A DNA stretch of 64,000 nucleotides from Nitrospirota bacterium (GCA_963796285.1 CAWCKW010000012.1:1856001-1920000); one strand, 5' to 3'. Positions 31,408 through 42,811 are shown, numbered from the stretch's first letter. Made by a program: numbers and translations. The notes: generated from the letters alone by a model not told the origin.

Positions 31408-31986
31408 CTACTTCTTCGCGTTCTTGCCCCAGGTCTTTTCCAGGTACTGTTCTCGTCCCGAATTGAACCGGTAGAACTTGTATCGTTCGCTGTTCTTCTG
31501 ATAATACTTCTGGTGATACTCCTCAGCCGGATAGAACGTTGAAGCGGGCACGATCTCGGTCACGATCGGTTTGTCACCGAACTTGCCCGACCTCTCCATC
31601 GTCTCCTTTGAGGCCACAGCCTGTATCCGCTGCTCTTCGCTGTGAAAATAAATGGCCGTCCGGTATTGGTCTCCCACGTCCACGAACTGCCGGTCGCGCG
31701 TGGTCGGGTCCACGTTCCGCCAGAACAGGTCGAGCAACTCGGAATACGTTACCTGTGACGGGTCAAAGACGATCTCGATGGATTCGGCATGTCCCGTGGT
31801 CCCTGACGAGACTTCCTCGTAGGTCGGGTCCTTCTTGTGTCCGCCCGTATACCCTACAACGGTTGAAACCACACCCTTAAGCCTGTCGAAAGGAGGCTGT
31901 ATGCACCAGAAACAGCCGCTGGCAAAGGTCGCCTTATCGAGTTTTTGAGAGGCCTTCACTGCATTCTTGTTTTCAGCATTCGCCAT
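31408..31986 (-). CDS. msrA: Peptide methionine sulfoxide reductase A
   Basis: GCFWC, GYTGG, GHAE, QYRTAI, FYPAEEYHQKY. Confidence 0.95.
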   Translation of the reverse strand: MANAENKNAVKASQKLDKATFASGCFWCIQPPFDRLKGVVSTVVGYTGGHKKDPTYEEVSSGTTGHAESIEIVFDPSQVTYSELLDLFWRNVDPTTRDRQFVDVGDQYRTAIYFHSEEQRIQAVASKETMERSGKFGDKPIVTEIVPASTFYPAEEYHQKYYQKNSERYKFYRFNSGREQYLEKTWGKNAKK

Positions 31987-32089
31987 AGTTACACCGACCT
32001 GAGATAAGCATAAGTATCGCCATGATTACTATTCTTTTATGATAATAGCATACCACCAACAGGGACAATATGGATAATCCGTGTCCTGT

Positions 32090-32266
32090 TCATTCCGGTT
32101 TACGAGATCCGGACTGCTCAATGATGATGACCTGCTTCTTCCAGTCAATGCTCTGGAGGTTCTTGATCCGGGAGCGGAACCGCTGCTCAGGCGTCCGCGC
32201 TCGCATAGGCATCAAGGCCCCGTCCGGGAGATGACAATATGAAAAGGCTTCACGAGTCCCATCCAT
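32090..32266 (-). CDS. Possible small protein (40-58 aa)
   Basis: Open frame ..MRARTPEQRFRSRIKNLQSIDWKKQVIIIEQSGSRKPE* with genome-like codon usage. Confidence 0.25.
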   Translation of the reverse strand: MDGTREAFSYCHLPDGALMPMRARTPEQRFRSRIKNLQSIDWKKQVIIIEQSGSRKPE

Positions 32267-32327
32267 CGCGGATCTTCTGCAGGGATTCCCGCATGCCTGC
32301 CGGTTTGGAAATAAAGCCGCGTCAGCA

Positions 32328-33801
32328 TCACCTGACCTTCAGTATCTCGGGGTTGGTATGCGGGATGAACACCGCACCCAGGTATTCCTTCATGAACTCC
32401 GGGTCGTCCTGCATGGGTTTGTAGGTGATCTTCTCTGTTATTGCATTCACCGTGTTCACCAGGTCGCCGTCAATCAGCAGCATGCGCGCGCCCGCGAGGG
32501 ACGAGTTGCCGAGGGGCTTCACGATATCCGCAGGCCACGCCGGAAGCATGCCGATGCCCACGGCCTTATCCGCATTGATGCCTGTGCCAAGGGCACCGGA
32601 TACGAACACGGTATCGATGTCCTTGAATGAGATGCCCACGGACCGGGTAAGCACCAGCAGCAGCGTGAACATGGCCGCCTTTGACTTCATGAAATTCTGG
32701 ATCTCATTCTGAGTTATATACAAGGCATCTTGGCAGTCACAATCGATAGAGAACACCTTCTCACTGTCGACAATCGTGACATGCTCACCATCGACAAGTG
32801 CCCCGCTTGCGTCGATCATCCCTGCCTTAAACAACTCATAGAGCAGGCTCACCATGCCGGACCCGCAGATCCCTTCGGGCTTGCCCTGGTCAAAGGTCTT
32901 GCAGGAGATGTTCTGCCCGGTGATCTCGATGTCGTAGACGATCCCCTTGTTCGCCCGCTTCCCGATCCGAGAGATCCCCTCTTCGAGCGCCGGACCGGCA
33001 GCGCCGGCCCCCACGATCATCCAGTCCCGGTTCCCGATCACGATCTCGGCGTTCGTGCCCACGTCGATCAGGATCGAGGTCTTTTCCGATCGGGCCATGC
33101 CCGAGGCAAGAATGCCGGCAGTGATGTCGCCGCCGACATAGCTCCCCGCGTTCGGGAACACGTACACAACAGCTTCAGGGTTCATGAGCAAGCTGCAGCT
33201 CCGAAGCCGTGAAGAACCCCGGGCTCCTGACCACGGGCACAAAGGGGTCCACGGGGATCGTGCTGATATCGAGTCCCAGAAAGAAGTGGCTCATCACCGT
33301 GTTCCCGCCCACGGTCATGGCGTGGATATCCTGCGCGTTTACCTGCGCTTCGCTGCAAAGCTCGACGATCAACCCATTGATCCCGTTCACGAGCACCCGG
33401 TAGACCTCCTCGCCATTTCCCGACATGGTATGGTGCATGCGGGTCATGATGTCGCTGCCAAATATGGTCTGGGGGTTCTCCAGGCTTTTCGTCAGGACAT
33501 CCTTTTGCGCGATATTGTCGTACAGCAGGGCGACCAGGTTCGTGGTTCCGAGGTCAAGGGCGATGGAATAAGAACGCTCCTTCCCGATATCGATCAGCCG
33601 GTATCCGTTCCCGATTCGCCCGATAATGCAGGGGAACGCTGTCTGCTCCTTCACCACAGTAGGGAGCTTTCTCAAAACCGATAGCGGAAGAACAAGGGGA
33701 CCGAGATCGAGAGTATCGGTGATTCGCTGATCATGGGCCCTTCGGTCGTCATCGGACGGCAGAGGCAATTGTATCGTTTTCTTGAAAATAAGAGAGGTCA
33801 T
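32328..33801 (-). CDS. ASKHA/DUF4445 RACo-type corrinoid reductive activator (frameshift near 33190)
   Basis: DLGTT, NPQ..FGSD..TR, YVGGD, IDVGTNAE, AAGPALE, GICGSG, GNSSLAGA. Confidence 0.88.
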
Positions 33802-33995
33802 CGTTCCCCTTCGCTCATCAGGATAATGCGGCTGTACGTTATGAATATCACACTCGGGAGAACGCTGTCAATCGAATGTTATCATGACCTGGAAAAGTTT
33901 CAGTTGTTTGCGATTGCAGCTGAAAATGCAGTATACTTGATCGTATATACCGTATGACAGCGATCAAGGGATAGTGCGGGGAGGGACCGGAACTC

Positions 33996-35228
33996 ATGTA
34001 CGCAAGCGAAAACATCACCCGAAATACCATTGCCATGGTCCTGGCCGGCGGCAAGGGAGAGCGGCTCAGCCCCATCACGGTCGGCAGGCCCAAGCCCGCG
34101 GTCCCCTTTGGCGGGAAGTACAAGATCATCGATTTCGTGCTGAGCAATATGTTCAACTCAGGCATCCGTCAGGTCTACATCCTGACCCAGTATCATGCCT
34201 ACTCTCTCAGCAGACACATTAAGGATTCCTGGGGCAAATGGGTCGGCCTTGGTGAGTTTTACGATTCGGTCTCGCCCGAAACAACCAGTATGGGCGAGCA
34301 GTGGTATAAGGGCACGGCCGACGCCATCTACCAGAACCTGCGCCTCATCGAGTCTTCCGGCGCCGAGTATGCGGTCATCTTCGGAGGCGACCATATCTAC
34401 AAGATGGACATCTCGCAGATGATGGCGTATCACCGCATGAACAAAGCTGACCTTACTATTGCAGCGCTCGATGTCTCAGCCCAAGACGCGCCGCGATTCG
34501 GCATCCTGCAAGTGGACGAAGACCTGCACGTCACATCGTTCCTGGAAAAGCCGGCAAACCCTCCCCGGGTCCCGGGTAGAACTTCCTGTTTCGCGTCCAT
34601 GGGCAACTATATTTTCTCCGTGAAAAAGCTGATCGAGCTGCTGAAGAAAGGCAAACGGAAATACGAGGACCTCGATTTCGGACAGCATGTGGTCCCCATG
34701 ATGATCGAGCAGGGAGACAAGGTCTTTGCCTACAGCTTTTACGACAATAATATTCCCGGTATGGACCCGCGCGAGCGGGGCTACTGGAAGGACGTGGGCA
34801 CGCTGGACTCATACTACGAGGCAAACATGGACCTCATCCACGTCAGCCCGCAGCTGAACCTGTACAACTATACCTGGCCCATCCTGACCAACCAGGGGAA
34901 CCTTCCTCCGGCAAAGACGGTCTTCGACGACGAGAACCGTCGCGGCCTGAACATCGATTCTCTCGTATGCGGCGGCTGCATCACCAGCGGTGCGACCATA
35001 CGGCGGTCCATTCTCGGCCCCTCATGCAAGGTCCACAGCTACGCGCTGGTCGAGGACTCGATCCTCTTCGAGAACGTACAGATCGGGCGCCGCGCAAAGA
35101 TAAAGAAAACCATCATCGATGAAGGGATATACATACCGGAAGGGATGGAGATCGGCTTCGACCACGAAGAGGACCGTCTGCGCGGCTGCATTGTCACCGA
35201 GTCGGGGATCGTGGTCGTGACAAAGTAG
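33996..35228 (+). CDS. glgC: Glucose-1-phosphate adenylyltransferase
   Basis: LAGGKGERL, KPAVPFGG, GDHIYKMD, FLEKP, ASMGNY, YWKDVGT. Confidence 0.97.
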   Translation: MYASENITRNTIAMVLAGGKGERLSPITVGRPKPAVPFGGKYKIIDFVLSNMFNSGIRQVYILTQYHAYSLSRHIKDSWGKWVGLGEFYDSVSPETTSMGEQWYKGTADAIYQNLRLIESSGAEYAVIFGGDHIYKMDISQMMAYHRMNKADLTIAALDVSAQDAPRFGILQVDEDLHVTSFLEKPANPPRVPGRTSCFASMGNYIFSVKKLIELLKKGKRKYEDLDFGQHVVPMMIEQGDKVFAYSFYDNNIPGMDPRERGYWKDVGTLDSYYEANMDLIHVSPQLNLYNYTWPILTNQGNLPPAKTVFDDENRRGLNIDSLVCGGCITSGATIRRSILGPSCKVHSYALVEDSILFENVQIGRRAKIKKTIIDEGIYIPEGMEIGFDHEEDRLRGCIVTESGIVVVTK

Positions 35229-35279
35229 CGCATCAGCCGTAGCGTAAATATGCTCCATCTCTCTGTTCAGCGGCTTCGC

Positions 35280-35549
35280 TCAGTCTGCCTTTTCCGCAGA
35301 ATGGTCAATTACCAGGTAGTCTATGAATTTCTTAAGCATTGCCCGGTCCTTCAAAGCCAAATCCGGGTATGTCACCTCTATTTCATAGGAGGCCTGCTCG
35401 TTATCCTCCGCGTTCCGGCTTGAAAAAACTTTCCCGATAAAATTAAGATGATCGTTCTCGTTCAGATACAGGTCCAAAGGGATCAGACTTCCCTGTAACA
35501 GAGTCTGATCGGATTGGATTGGCATGCTGCTGAGCGTAATGTCTTTCAC
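35280..35549 (-). pseudogene. Possible degenerate PilZ-like fragment
   Basis: VKDITLSSM...FIGKV...DRAMLKKFI pattern; no RBS; upstream in-frame stop. Confidence 0.3.
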
Positions 35550-35678
35550 TCTGTGATTTGCGGGAAAAACCGAGACGTTTTCCTAGGATGAAGTTATCGT
35601 AAGATAAATATTGCAAGCGTCAGGTATTTCATAACGTAATTTTACCTTATTATCAGCCGCTGCCTGCTCCCCCAGCAT

Positions 35679-35707
35679 TTGACAGTCGATATCCTTTGTG
35701 CTACTTT
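35679..35707 (+). promoter_or_regulatory. Sigma70 promoter for HPF-CSD
   Basis: TTGACA-N17-TACTTT with an extended TG. Confidence 0.6.
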
Positions 35708-35755
35708 TAAATCAGGGAGTATACGTATCAAATATTGCAGTCCGGAGGATCAACC

Positions 35756-36292
35756 ATGAAAATTCCTTTGCAGATCACGTTTCGAAACATGCCTCTATCC
35801 GAGGCCATTGAAGCGAAGATCAATGAAAAGGCTGCCAAATTGGATAAATATTTCAGCAGGATCATGAGTTGCCGTGTCGTGGTCGAGGAATCGCAGCGCC
35901 GGCAGCATCAGGGAAAACTGTTCAGCGTCCATATCGACATCACCGTGCCCGGTAAGGAAATGGCGGTGACCCGTGAAGAGAATGAAGATCCGTATGTCGC
36001 GGTCCGTGATGCCTTCAACACTGCGGCCAGGCGGCTTGAAGAGCATGCCCGGCAGAAGCGCGGCGAGGTGAAGACACATGAGACGCAGCCCAGCGGCCGC
36101 ATCATCAGGATCTTTCCCGACCAGGCATATGGTTTCATCATCACACACGACGACCAGCGTGAGATTTATTTTCACCGCAACAGCGTTATCAATGATGACT
36201 TCGGCAATCTGAAATTCGGGGTTGAGGTGTCGTTCATCGAGGAGCAGGGACAGGAGGGACCTCAGGCGGCGCGCGTTGCGATCATCAAATAG
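35756..36292 (+). CDS. HPF/RaiA ribosome-associated protein fused to a cold-shock domain
   Basis: PLQITFRNM, DPYVAVRDAF; YGFI..EIYFHRNSV..GPQA. Confidence 0.9.
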   Translation: MKIPLQITFRNMPLSEAIEAKINEKAAKLDKYFSRIMSCRVVVEESQRRQHQGKLFSVHIDITVPGKEMAVTREENEDPYVAVRDAFNTAARRLEEHARQKRGEVKTHETQPSGRIIRIFPDQAYGFIITHDDQREIYFHRNSVINDDFGNLKFGVEVSFIEEQGQEGPQAARVAIIK

Positions 36293-36382
36293 GATGCGCT
36301 TTCTGTTTCCGGCCTGAAGGGGTATATCAGTCTGCCTCGGTGATGAGCGCTTCATCATGACCGTTTATGATAGAATCAGCAC

Positions 36383-38773
36383 ATGGAGATATCCTGGCAT
36401 GACCGCCGCTCTGTTCTGCGGCTCGTACTTACCGCCTCCCTTGTGAGCCTATCCTTCGAACTGACGCTCATCCGGATCTTTTCTATTTCCCTCTGGTATC
36501 ACTTCGCATTCATGGTCATCAGCATCGCCATGCTCGGCATCGGCGCCAGCGGCACCGTGCTCTCGGTATTTCCGGGCCTGAAGGACCTCCGCAGGGTCCC
36601 GCTGTACGGGCTCATGCTGGCCATAAGCATCCCTCTCTCCTATCTCCTTGCCAACACCGTGCCCTTCGATCCCGCGCGGCTTCCCTGGGACCGCCTGCAG
36701 CTTCTCGCCATAACCCTTTACTACGTCATCCTCTGCGTTCCCTTCTTCTGGTTTGGACTGATCGTATCTGCTGCCTATACCACGATGTCGCGTGATGTCA
36801 ATGCGATCTATGCCTCGGACCTCGTGGGTGCCGGGATCGGAGCGCTCACTGTGGCCTGGCTGCTCTCCCTGGGTGGCCCCGAAACGAGCGTGTTCATCAT
36901 CTCTTCCCTCCTTGCCACCGGACTCCTCTCTCAAAGAGATCGGATAACGCGGTTCCTTTCCCTGCTCCTCATCGCAGCGAATCTTGCCGTCCTCTTCATC
37001 AATCCACAATGGATCCAGCCCAGGATATCGGCCTACAAACCCTTTGCGCTCGCCTTGCAGTTCCCCGGCGCAAAGCGACTCAACACAGCGTACAGCCCCT
37101 ATGCCCGCATCGACCTGTTCAAGAGCCCCGCCGTCAGGTTCGCGCCGGGTCTGAGCTTTACGTATCTTGAGCCGCTGCCTGAACAGACAGGGATTGCGAT
37201 CGATGCCGGCGACCTGTACGCGATAACCGACGATACGGACCGCGACAGGCTCGCCTTCCTCGGTTCCCTCCCCTCCAGCCTTGCCTACCGGTTGAGCCCG
37301 AACCAAGACGTGCTCATCATCGAACCACGGGCCGGTCTCTCCCTCCTCCTGGCCCGACAGTTCCGATCGAGGAACATCTCTGCCATAGACTCAAATCCTC
37401 TCTTCCTTCGCGTGATGCGGGAATACGGCCGGACGCGTGGATCACCTGTCTATGAGCACCAGGTGTGGAATGGCCTGGCGCGGACGTGGCTTGCCGGATC
37501 GAACCGGGAGTTCGACCTGATCGATCTTTCGCTCATGGGCCCACTGCCATCCGCGGCCTTCGGCTTTGCGGAAGATTACCGGTTCACCATCGAGGCCTTC
37601 GAGCACTACCTATCTGGTCTGAAACCCGGCGGGTTCCTTTCGATCAACCTCTACCTCATCCCGCCGCCGAGAACGGAACTTCGCCTGCTCGCGACCCTGG
37701 TCAGGTCGGCGGCAGCGTCTGGTATCACGGACATCTCCGGGCATGTCGCCGCTATCCGAAGCTGGGACACCTTGACCATGGTCATGAAAAAATCGGCACT
37801 GTCGATTGAGGACATCGGAAGGATCAAGACCTTTGCGCACGAGAAGAGGTTCGACCTCGTATACTATCCCGGCATCAAACCCGAAGAGAGCAATGTGTAT
37901 ATCAAACAGCAGGGGAACGAATATGCCGACGCCTTCCGGAGCCTGATGGACAAGAAGACCGGCAGCCGGTTCATGGCCGATTACCTCTTCGACATCCGGC
38001 CGGTCTCCGATGAGCGCCCCTTCTTCCATTATTATTTAACCCTGAAGAACACCAAGGCAATCTACCGGCTCATGGGAGAGAAGTGGCAGTATTTCATCGA
38101 AGAGGGCTACCTCCTTCCGGTCCTCTTTGTTCAGGTGCTCGTCGTGAGTATTGCCCTGATCCTCCTGCCGCTCCTCAAGATGAGGAACAGAAAAGAAGAC
38201 TCGATTGTCCGGTACGACCCTCTCCGTGGACTCTTGTATTTCGCCCTGCTCGGCATCGGCTATCTGTTCATCGAGATCGCATTCATCCAGAAAATGATCC
38301 TCATGCTCGAGAACCCCTCCTCGGCCGCAAGCACGGTCATTGCATCGGTCCTGATCAGCTCGGGCATAGGCAGCCTCCTGAGCCGGCGCATCCGGTCGCT
38401 GAACAACCCGCGCATCCTGCTTGCCCTTGCGGGTTTGGTTTTCGCTTACAGCCTCCTGCTGCCCGGGATTACGGCAGCTATAAGCCTGTATCCTCTCGTA
38501 GCGAGAATCGCTTTTTCCTCTTTGCTCGTCATGCCCGCCGGAATCCTGATGGGCATCCCCTTCCCCCTGGGGATCTCACTCCTTCATTCGGCCGCGCCCC
38601 GGCTTATCCCCTGGGCGTGGGCAGTGAACGGCTGTTTTTCGGTGCTCGCGCCCATCCTCGCGATCATGCTTGCACTTTCCGCGGGATTTCAATCCGTGCT
38701 GTTCTGTGGAGCGTCGATGTACCTGCTTGCTTTTTGGGTAATTTACCGGGAATGGGATATTTACACGGAGTGA
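36383..38773 (+). CDS. Membrane protein with spermidine-synthase-like SAM-binding domain
   Basis: N- and C-terminal TM bundles, YASDLVGAG, EDYRFTIEAF, LKPGG, DERPFF, WAWAVNG. Confidence 0.8.
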   Translation: MEISWHDRRSVLRLVLTASLVSLSFELTLIRIFSISLWYHFAFMVISIAMLGIGASGTVLSVFPGLKDLRRVPLYGLMLAISIPLSYLLANTVPFDPARLPWDRLQLLAITLYYVILCVPFFWFGLIVSAAYTTMSRDVNAIYASDLVGAGIGALTVAWLLSLGGPETSVFIISSLLATGLLSQRDRITRFLSLLLIAANLAVLFINPQWIQPRISAYKPFALALQFPGAKRLNTAYSPYARIDLFKSPAVRFAPGLSFTYLEPLPEQTGIAIDAGDLYAITDDTDRDRLAFLGSLPSSLAYRLSPNQDVLIIEPRAGLSLLLARQFRSRNISAIDSNPLFLRVMREYGRTRGSPVYEHQVWNGLARTWLAGSNREFDLIDLSLMGPLPSAAFGFAEDYRFTIEAFEHYLSGLKPGGFLSINLYLIPPPRTELRLLATLVRSAAASGITDISGHVAAIRSWDTLTMVMKKSALSIEDIGRIKTFAHEKRFDLVYYPGIKPEESNVYIKQQGNEYADAFRSLMDKKTGSRFMADYLFDIRPVSDERPFFHYYLTLKNTKAIYRLMGEKWQYFIEEGYLLPVLFVQVLVVSIALILLPLLKMRNRKEDSIVRYDPLRGLLYFALLGIGYLFIEIAFIQKMILMLENPSSAASTVIASVLISSGIGSLLSRRIRSLNNPRILLALAGLVFAYSLLLPGITAAISLYPLVARIAFSSLLVMPAGILMGIPFPLGISLLHSAAPRLIPWAWAVNGCFSVLAPILAIMLALSAGFQSVLFCGASMYLLAFWVIYREWDIYTE

Positions 38774-38968
38774 TACAGATACGTCTTAAACTCTGGATCT
38801 GCCGAAACATGATTTGAAAATATAAAAATACGGTTTGAATTATTGATTCTATGCTATGTTCGCTTGGCAAGAAGTACTTCCTCGTCGAAGGTACATTTCT
38901 TTGAAACATAGCAAGGCTACATTTTGTGTTCGCCGAACACCCTTAAAATGCCCAATCGTACGAAATCG

Positions 38969-38997
38969 TTGACATATTCTTAGACCAAGCATATAGT
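38969..38997 (+). promoter_or_regulatory. Near-consensus sigma70 promoter
   Basis: TTGACA-N17-TATAGT. Confidence 0.7.
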
Positions 38998-39046
38998 CGT
39001 GAATAACAAATCATCTACTCAACAATTTATTGAAGGAGCACAAAAC

Positions 39047-39259
39047 ATGTATAAAATACTTATCACATTAGACAATGGAGATAAACATACAAAATCTTTT
39101 AACTTCCAGGGTGAACCGTTGACAAAAGAGTCAAATGCCAATTTTGAATTAGACAGAATATGTCATCGTGATATAAATGAGGACACATGGATGTTAGTTG
39201 ACGATGAGGTTCGCATCATTATCGATCACATCGCCTCATTAAAAATAATTGTTGAGTAG
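39047..39259 (+). CDS. Small low-GC hypothetical protein (70 aa)
   Basis: AAGGAG RBS and a strong promoter directly upstream. Confidence 0.65.
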   Translation: MYKILITLDNGDKHTKSFNFQGEPLTKESNANFELDRICHRDINEDTWMLVDDEVRIIIDHIASLKIIVE

Positions 39260-39571
39260 CAGCAGGCTGATTGAGTTAATAGGTTAGGCATGATGGTGCT
39301 GCTAAATGTTAATAAAACTTGCAATGAAGAACCAGTGCAATTTCGGATTTCACATGCACCATGAAATCAAAGGATCAAATCCCGATTCTCGACAAAACCA
39401 CCTGAGCGCCGGACAGGGTATATAGACTAGTGGCGGTCAACGATACGCAAAATATGCTCGTTTCTGCATCTGTATTGATCAATCGTAGCTGTACACTCGT
39501 AGATGGAACAAACAAAAAAGCAGCCAACTTCGTGATACAAGGTTTCAATGTGAAATCTTCGTCTCAATACT

Positions 39572-40297
39572 TCATCGCCTCTTCTCTATTTCACCAGTCA
39601 TCGGCACGAATGCCACCGGGCTCAGCTGCTCAACCTCCAGCTCGCCTTTTCTCTTTGTCGCGAGCGTGAGCATCTGGTAATAGACCGTGCTCCCCAGCGG
39701 CACGATGAGCCTGCCGCCCTCCTTGAGCTGCTTGATGAGCAGCGGGGGGATGTGGTTTGCCGCGGCGGTGATAATGATGGCGTCGAAGGGCGCGTACTCT
39801 TCCCAGCCGAAGTACCCATCGCCGAATTTCACCTTTACATTCCGGTATCCGAGGTCAGCGAGCGTCTTTTCAGACCTGTCTGCAAGTGTTTTTCGGATTT
39901 CGATCGTATAGACCTCTTGTACGATGCCGGCCAGCACCGCAGCCTGATAGCCCGATCCGGTCCCGATCTCAAGGACCCGGTCGCCTCGTTTGAGTTGCAG
40001 GGTCTCGGTCATGAGCGCGACCACATAGGGCTGCGATATGGTCTGGCCCTCTTCGATCGGCAAGGGATGGTCTGCGTATGCCTGGCTCCTGAGCGATGGA
40101 TTCACGAACAGATGTCTCGGCACTGTGCCCATCGCCCGGCATACCACCGGGTCCTTGACCCCTCTGCCTCTAATGTCCTGCTCGACCATCTGCTGCCGCT
40201 TTTGCGTATATGCATCCTCGGCAGCAAAAGAGATCAGTGCTTGCTGGAGGATGATAACGATAAGTAAACAAATGACGTTTTTCATTACGAGAACCAT
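39572..40297 (-). CDS. pcm: Protein-L-isoaspartate O-methyltransferase with signal-peptide-like N-terminus
   Basis: [39 protein letters not shown]. Confidence 0.93.
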   Translation of the reverse strand: MVLVMKNVICLLIVIILQQALISFAAEDAYTQKRQQMVEQDIRGRGVKDPVVCRAMGTVPRHLFVNPSLRSQAYADHPLPIEEGQTISQPYVVALMTETLQLKRGDRVLEIGTGSGYQAAVLAGIVQEVYTIEIRKTLADRSEKTLADLGYRNVKVKFGDGYFGWEEYAPFDAIIITAAANHIPPLLIKQLKEGGRLIVPLGSTVYYQMLTLATKRKGELEVEQLSPVAFVPMTGEIEKRR

Positions 40298-40718
40298 GGG
40301 ACACATCACCTCCATGCCATAATTATGGCATAATATTTATGATATGATCATTTTAATTATATTCAAGCACAACATCATTATCTGAGTCAAGGATTGCGGG
40401 TTTTTAATGGCATACATTCGTAGGAGATTCCAGATCTCCATCTTCCATTATACATCTGGGCATACGTAAGCAGGATGGGAGAAGAGGGGGAGCGTTTGTG
40501 TGGCACCGCGCAGGGCAGGCAAAGATGATTACGAAGGGATGGTGTTAGATACCATGCGAGCGTGAAGTTTGACGAAACAAACAATTATCAAAGACGGTTA
40601 ATCCGCACTCGTGAATGTCAGCGAAACTGGTCGGCTCTAATCGGAGACACTACGTCCACTGCCTCTTCTTATCCATGCCCGAACATATCACTTTTAACTG
40701 AATAATGATATTTAAAAC

Positions 40719-40761
40719 CCCATTTAACGGTCACCCATTAAATGGGTGACCGTTAAATGGG
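40719..40761. repeat. Perfect 21-bp-arm palindrome downstream of acs
   Basis: CCCATTTAACGGTCACCCATT-A-AATGGGTGACCGTTAAATGGG. Confidence 0.9.
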
Positions 40762-40831
40762 TGACCCCAAATTATTGTCTGAATGAACAGGACCGCCATC
40801 TGTTCCCGGACGAAACCGACTTGCCGTGTCC

Positions 40832-42811
40832 TTACTGTACCCGGTTCTTCACGAGACTGTCGACCACGGTCGGATCGGCCAGGGTCGAGGTATCGCCCAG
40901 GTCTTCCACCTGGTTGTGGGCGATCTTCCGGAGGATGCGGCGCATGATCTTGCCGCTTCGCGTCTTCGGCAGGCCGGGCGCGAACTGGAGCTTGTCCGGC
41001 GTGGCGATCGGCCCGATGTTCGAGCGGACGTGGCCGGTGAGGACCTTCTTGAGATCGTCGGTCGGCTTGAACCCGTCCTTGAGCGTCACATACACGTAGA
41101 TGCCTTCGCCCTTGATGTCGTGCGGATAGCCGACGACCGCTGCTTCGGCTACCGCCTCGTGGCTGACGAGCGCGGACTCGACCTCGGCAGTGCCGAGCCG
41201 GTGGCCGGATACGTTGATCACGTCGTCCACGCGGCCCATGAGCCAGTAATCGCCGTCCTCGTCCACGCGCGCGCCGTCGCCGGTGAAGTACTTGCCCGGG
41301 AACCGGGTGAAGTAGACCTCTTTGATCCGCTTGTTCGCGGGGTCTCCGTAGGTGCCGCGAAGCATGCCGGGCCAGGGTTTGTCGATGCACAGGTAGCCGC
41401 CTTCGTTCGCCTTGGCAGGCGAGCCGTCCTCTTTTACCACACTGGGGACGACGCCCGGGAACGGACGGGTTGCCGAGCCCGGCTTGGTCGTGATGGCGCC
41501 GGGGAGCGGCGTGATCAGGATGCCGCCGGTCTCGGTCTGCCACCACGTGTCCACGATCGGCAGCTTTTCGTGCCCCACGTGCTTGTGGTACCACATCCAC
41601 GCCTCGGGGTTGATGGGCTCTCCCACGCTTCCGAGGACCTTGAGGGAGGAGAGGTCGTGCGTGGTCACCCAGCTGTCGCCTTCTTTCATGAGCGCGCGGA
41701 TGGCCGTGGGCGCGGTGTAGAAGATGTTGACCTGGTGCTTGTCTACGATGTCCCAGAACCTGCCCGGGTCGGGATAGGTCGGGATGCCTTCGAACATGAG
41801 CGAGGTGGCGCCGTTCGAGAGCGGGCCGTACAGGATGTAGCTGTGGCCGGTGACCCATCCGATGTCGGCGGTGCAGAAGTGGATGTCTTCTTCGTGGTAG
41901 TCGAAGATCCACCGGAACGATATGTTGGTATAGAGCAGGTAGCCGGCGGTGGTATGCAGCACGCCCTTGGGCTTGCCCGTGGAGCCCGAGGTGTAGAGGA
42001 TGAAGAGCGGGTCTTCCGCGTCCAACTTCTCGGGTTCGCAATAGTTCGTGATGTCCTTTGCCGCCATCTCCTCATGCCACCACGTGTCCCTGCCTGGTTC
42101 CATGTTGACCTTGCCCGTGCCTGCCCGCTGGACCACGATCATGTCCTTCACCGTCGGGCATTCGAGGAGCGCTTCGTCGGCGTTGGCCTTTAAGGGGATG
42201 AACCGGCCGCCGCGCAGGCCTTCGTCCGCGGTGATGACCATGGACGACTGGCAGTCCTGGATGCGGTCCCGCATTGCCTTCGCGGAAAACCCGCCGAACA
42301 CCACGCTGTGGATCGCGCCGATGCGCGCGCAGGCCAGCATGGAGATCGCCAGCTCGGGGATCATGGGGAGATAGATGGTGACCCGGTCGCCCTTCTTGAC
42401 GCCTTTCTTCTTGAGGACGTTGGCGAAGCGGTTCACCTCGTAATACAGCTGCTGGTACGTGAAGGTCTTGTACACCCCGCTGTCCGCTTCCCAGATGAGC
42501 GCGGCCTTGTTCCGGGTGGGGGTGGTGATGAACCGGTCAAGGCAGTTCACCGAGGCATTCAGTTTTCCTCCCGCGAACCACTTGATGGAGGGCTTGTGGA
42601 AATCGTAGTCCAGGACCTTGTCCCATTTCTTGTACCACGTAAGGTTCTTTTCGGCCATCTCCGCCCAGAACTTCTCGGGGTCGTCCACCGACCGCTTGTA
42701 GAGCTGCTCGTACTCCTTCATGCTCTTGATGTGCGCTTTTTGACTGAATTCCTTTGACGGAGGGAACGTCCGTTTTTCCGTCGACAGGACTTGGATGCTT
42801 TCTTCTGCCAT
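40832..42811 (-). CDS. acs: Acetyl-CoA synthetase (AMP-forming)
   Basis: [32 protein letters not shown]. Confidence 0.97.
   Translation of the reverse strand: MAEESIQVLSTEKRTFPPSKEFSQKAHIKSMKEYEQLYKRSVDDPEKFWAEMAEKNLTWYKKWDKVLDYDFHKPSIKWFAGGKLNASVNCLDRFITTPTRNKAALIWEADSGVYKTFTYQQLYYEVNRFANVLKKKGVKKGDRVTIYLPMIPELAISMLACARIGAIHSVVFGGFSAKAMRDRIQDCQSSMVITADEGLRGGRFIPLKANADEALLECPTVKDMIVVQRAGTGKVNMEPGRDTWWHEEMAAKDITNYCEPEKLDAEDPLFILYTSGSTGKPKGVLHTTAGYLLYTNISFRWIFDYHEEDIHFCTADIGWVTGHSYILYGPLSNGATSLMFEGIPTYPDPGRFWDIVDKHQVNIFYTAPTAIRALMKEGDSWVTTHDLSSLKVLGSVGEPINPEAWMWYHKHVGHEKLPIVDTWWQTETGGILITPLPGAITTKPGSATRPFPGVVPSVVKEDGSPAKANEGGYLCIDKPWPGMLRGTYGDPANKRIKEVYFTRFPGKYFTGDGARVDEDGDYWLMGRVDDVINVSGHRLGTAEVESALVSHEAVAEAAVVGYPHDIKGEGIYVYVTLKDGFKPTDDLKKVLTGHVRSNIGPIATPDKLQFAPGLPKTRSGKIMRRILRKIAHNQVEDLGDTSTLADPTVVDSLVKNRVQ

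Noticed and set aside
31408-31986. Selenocysteine MsrA
   Set aside because: The active site is GCFWC encoded by Cys codons; no in-frame TGA
40320-40715. Possible gene remnant between pcm and acs
   Set aside because: Only short frames with no identifiable family
40731-42193. Long alternative-frame ORFs over acs (and similar ones over rpsA, actC and mgtA)
   Set aside because: Shadow ORFs expected from high-GC codon bias; no recognisable motifs
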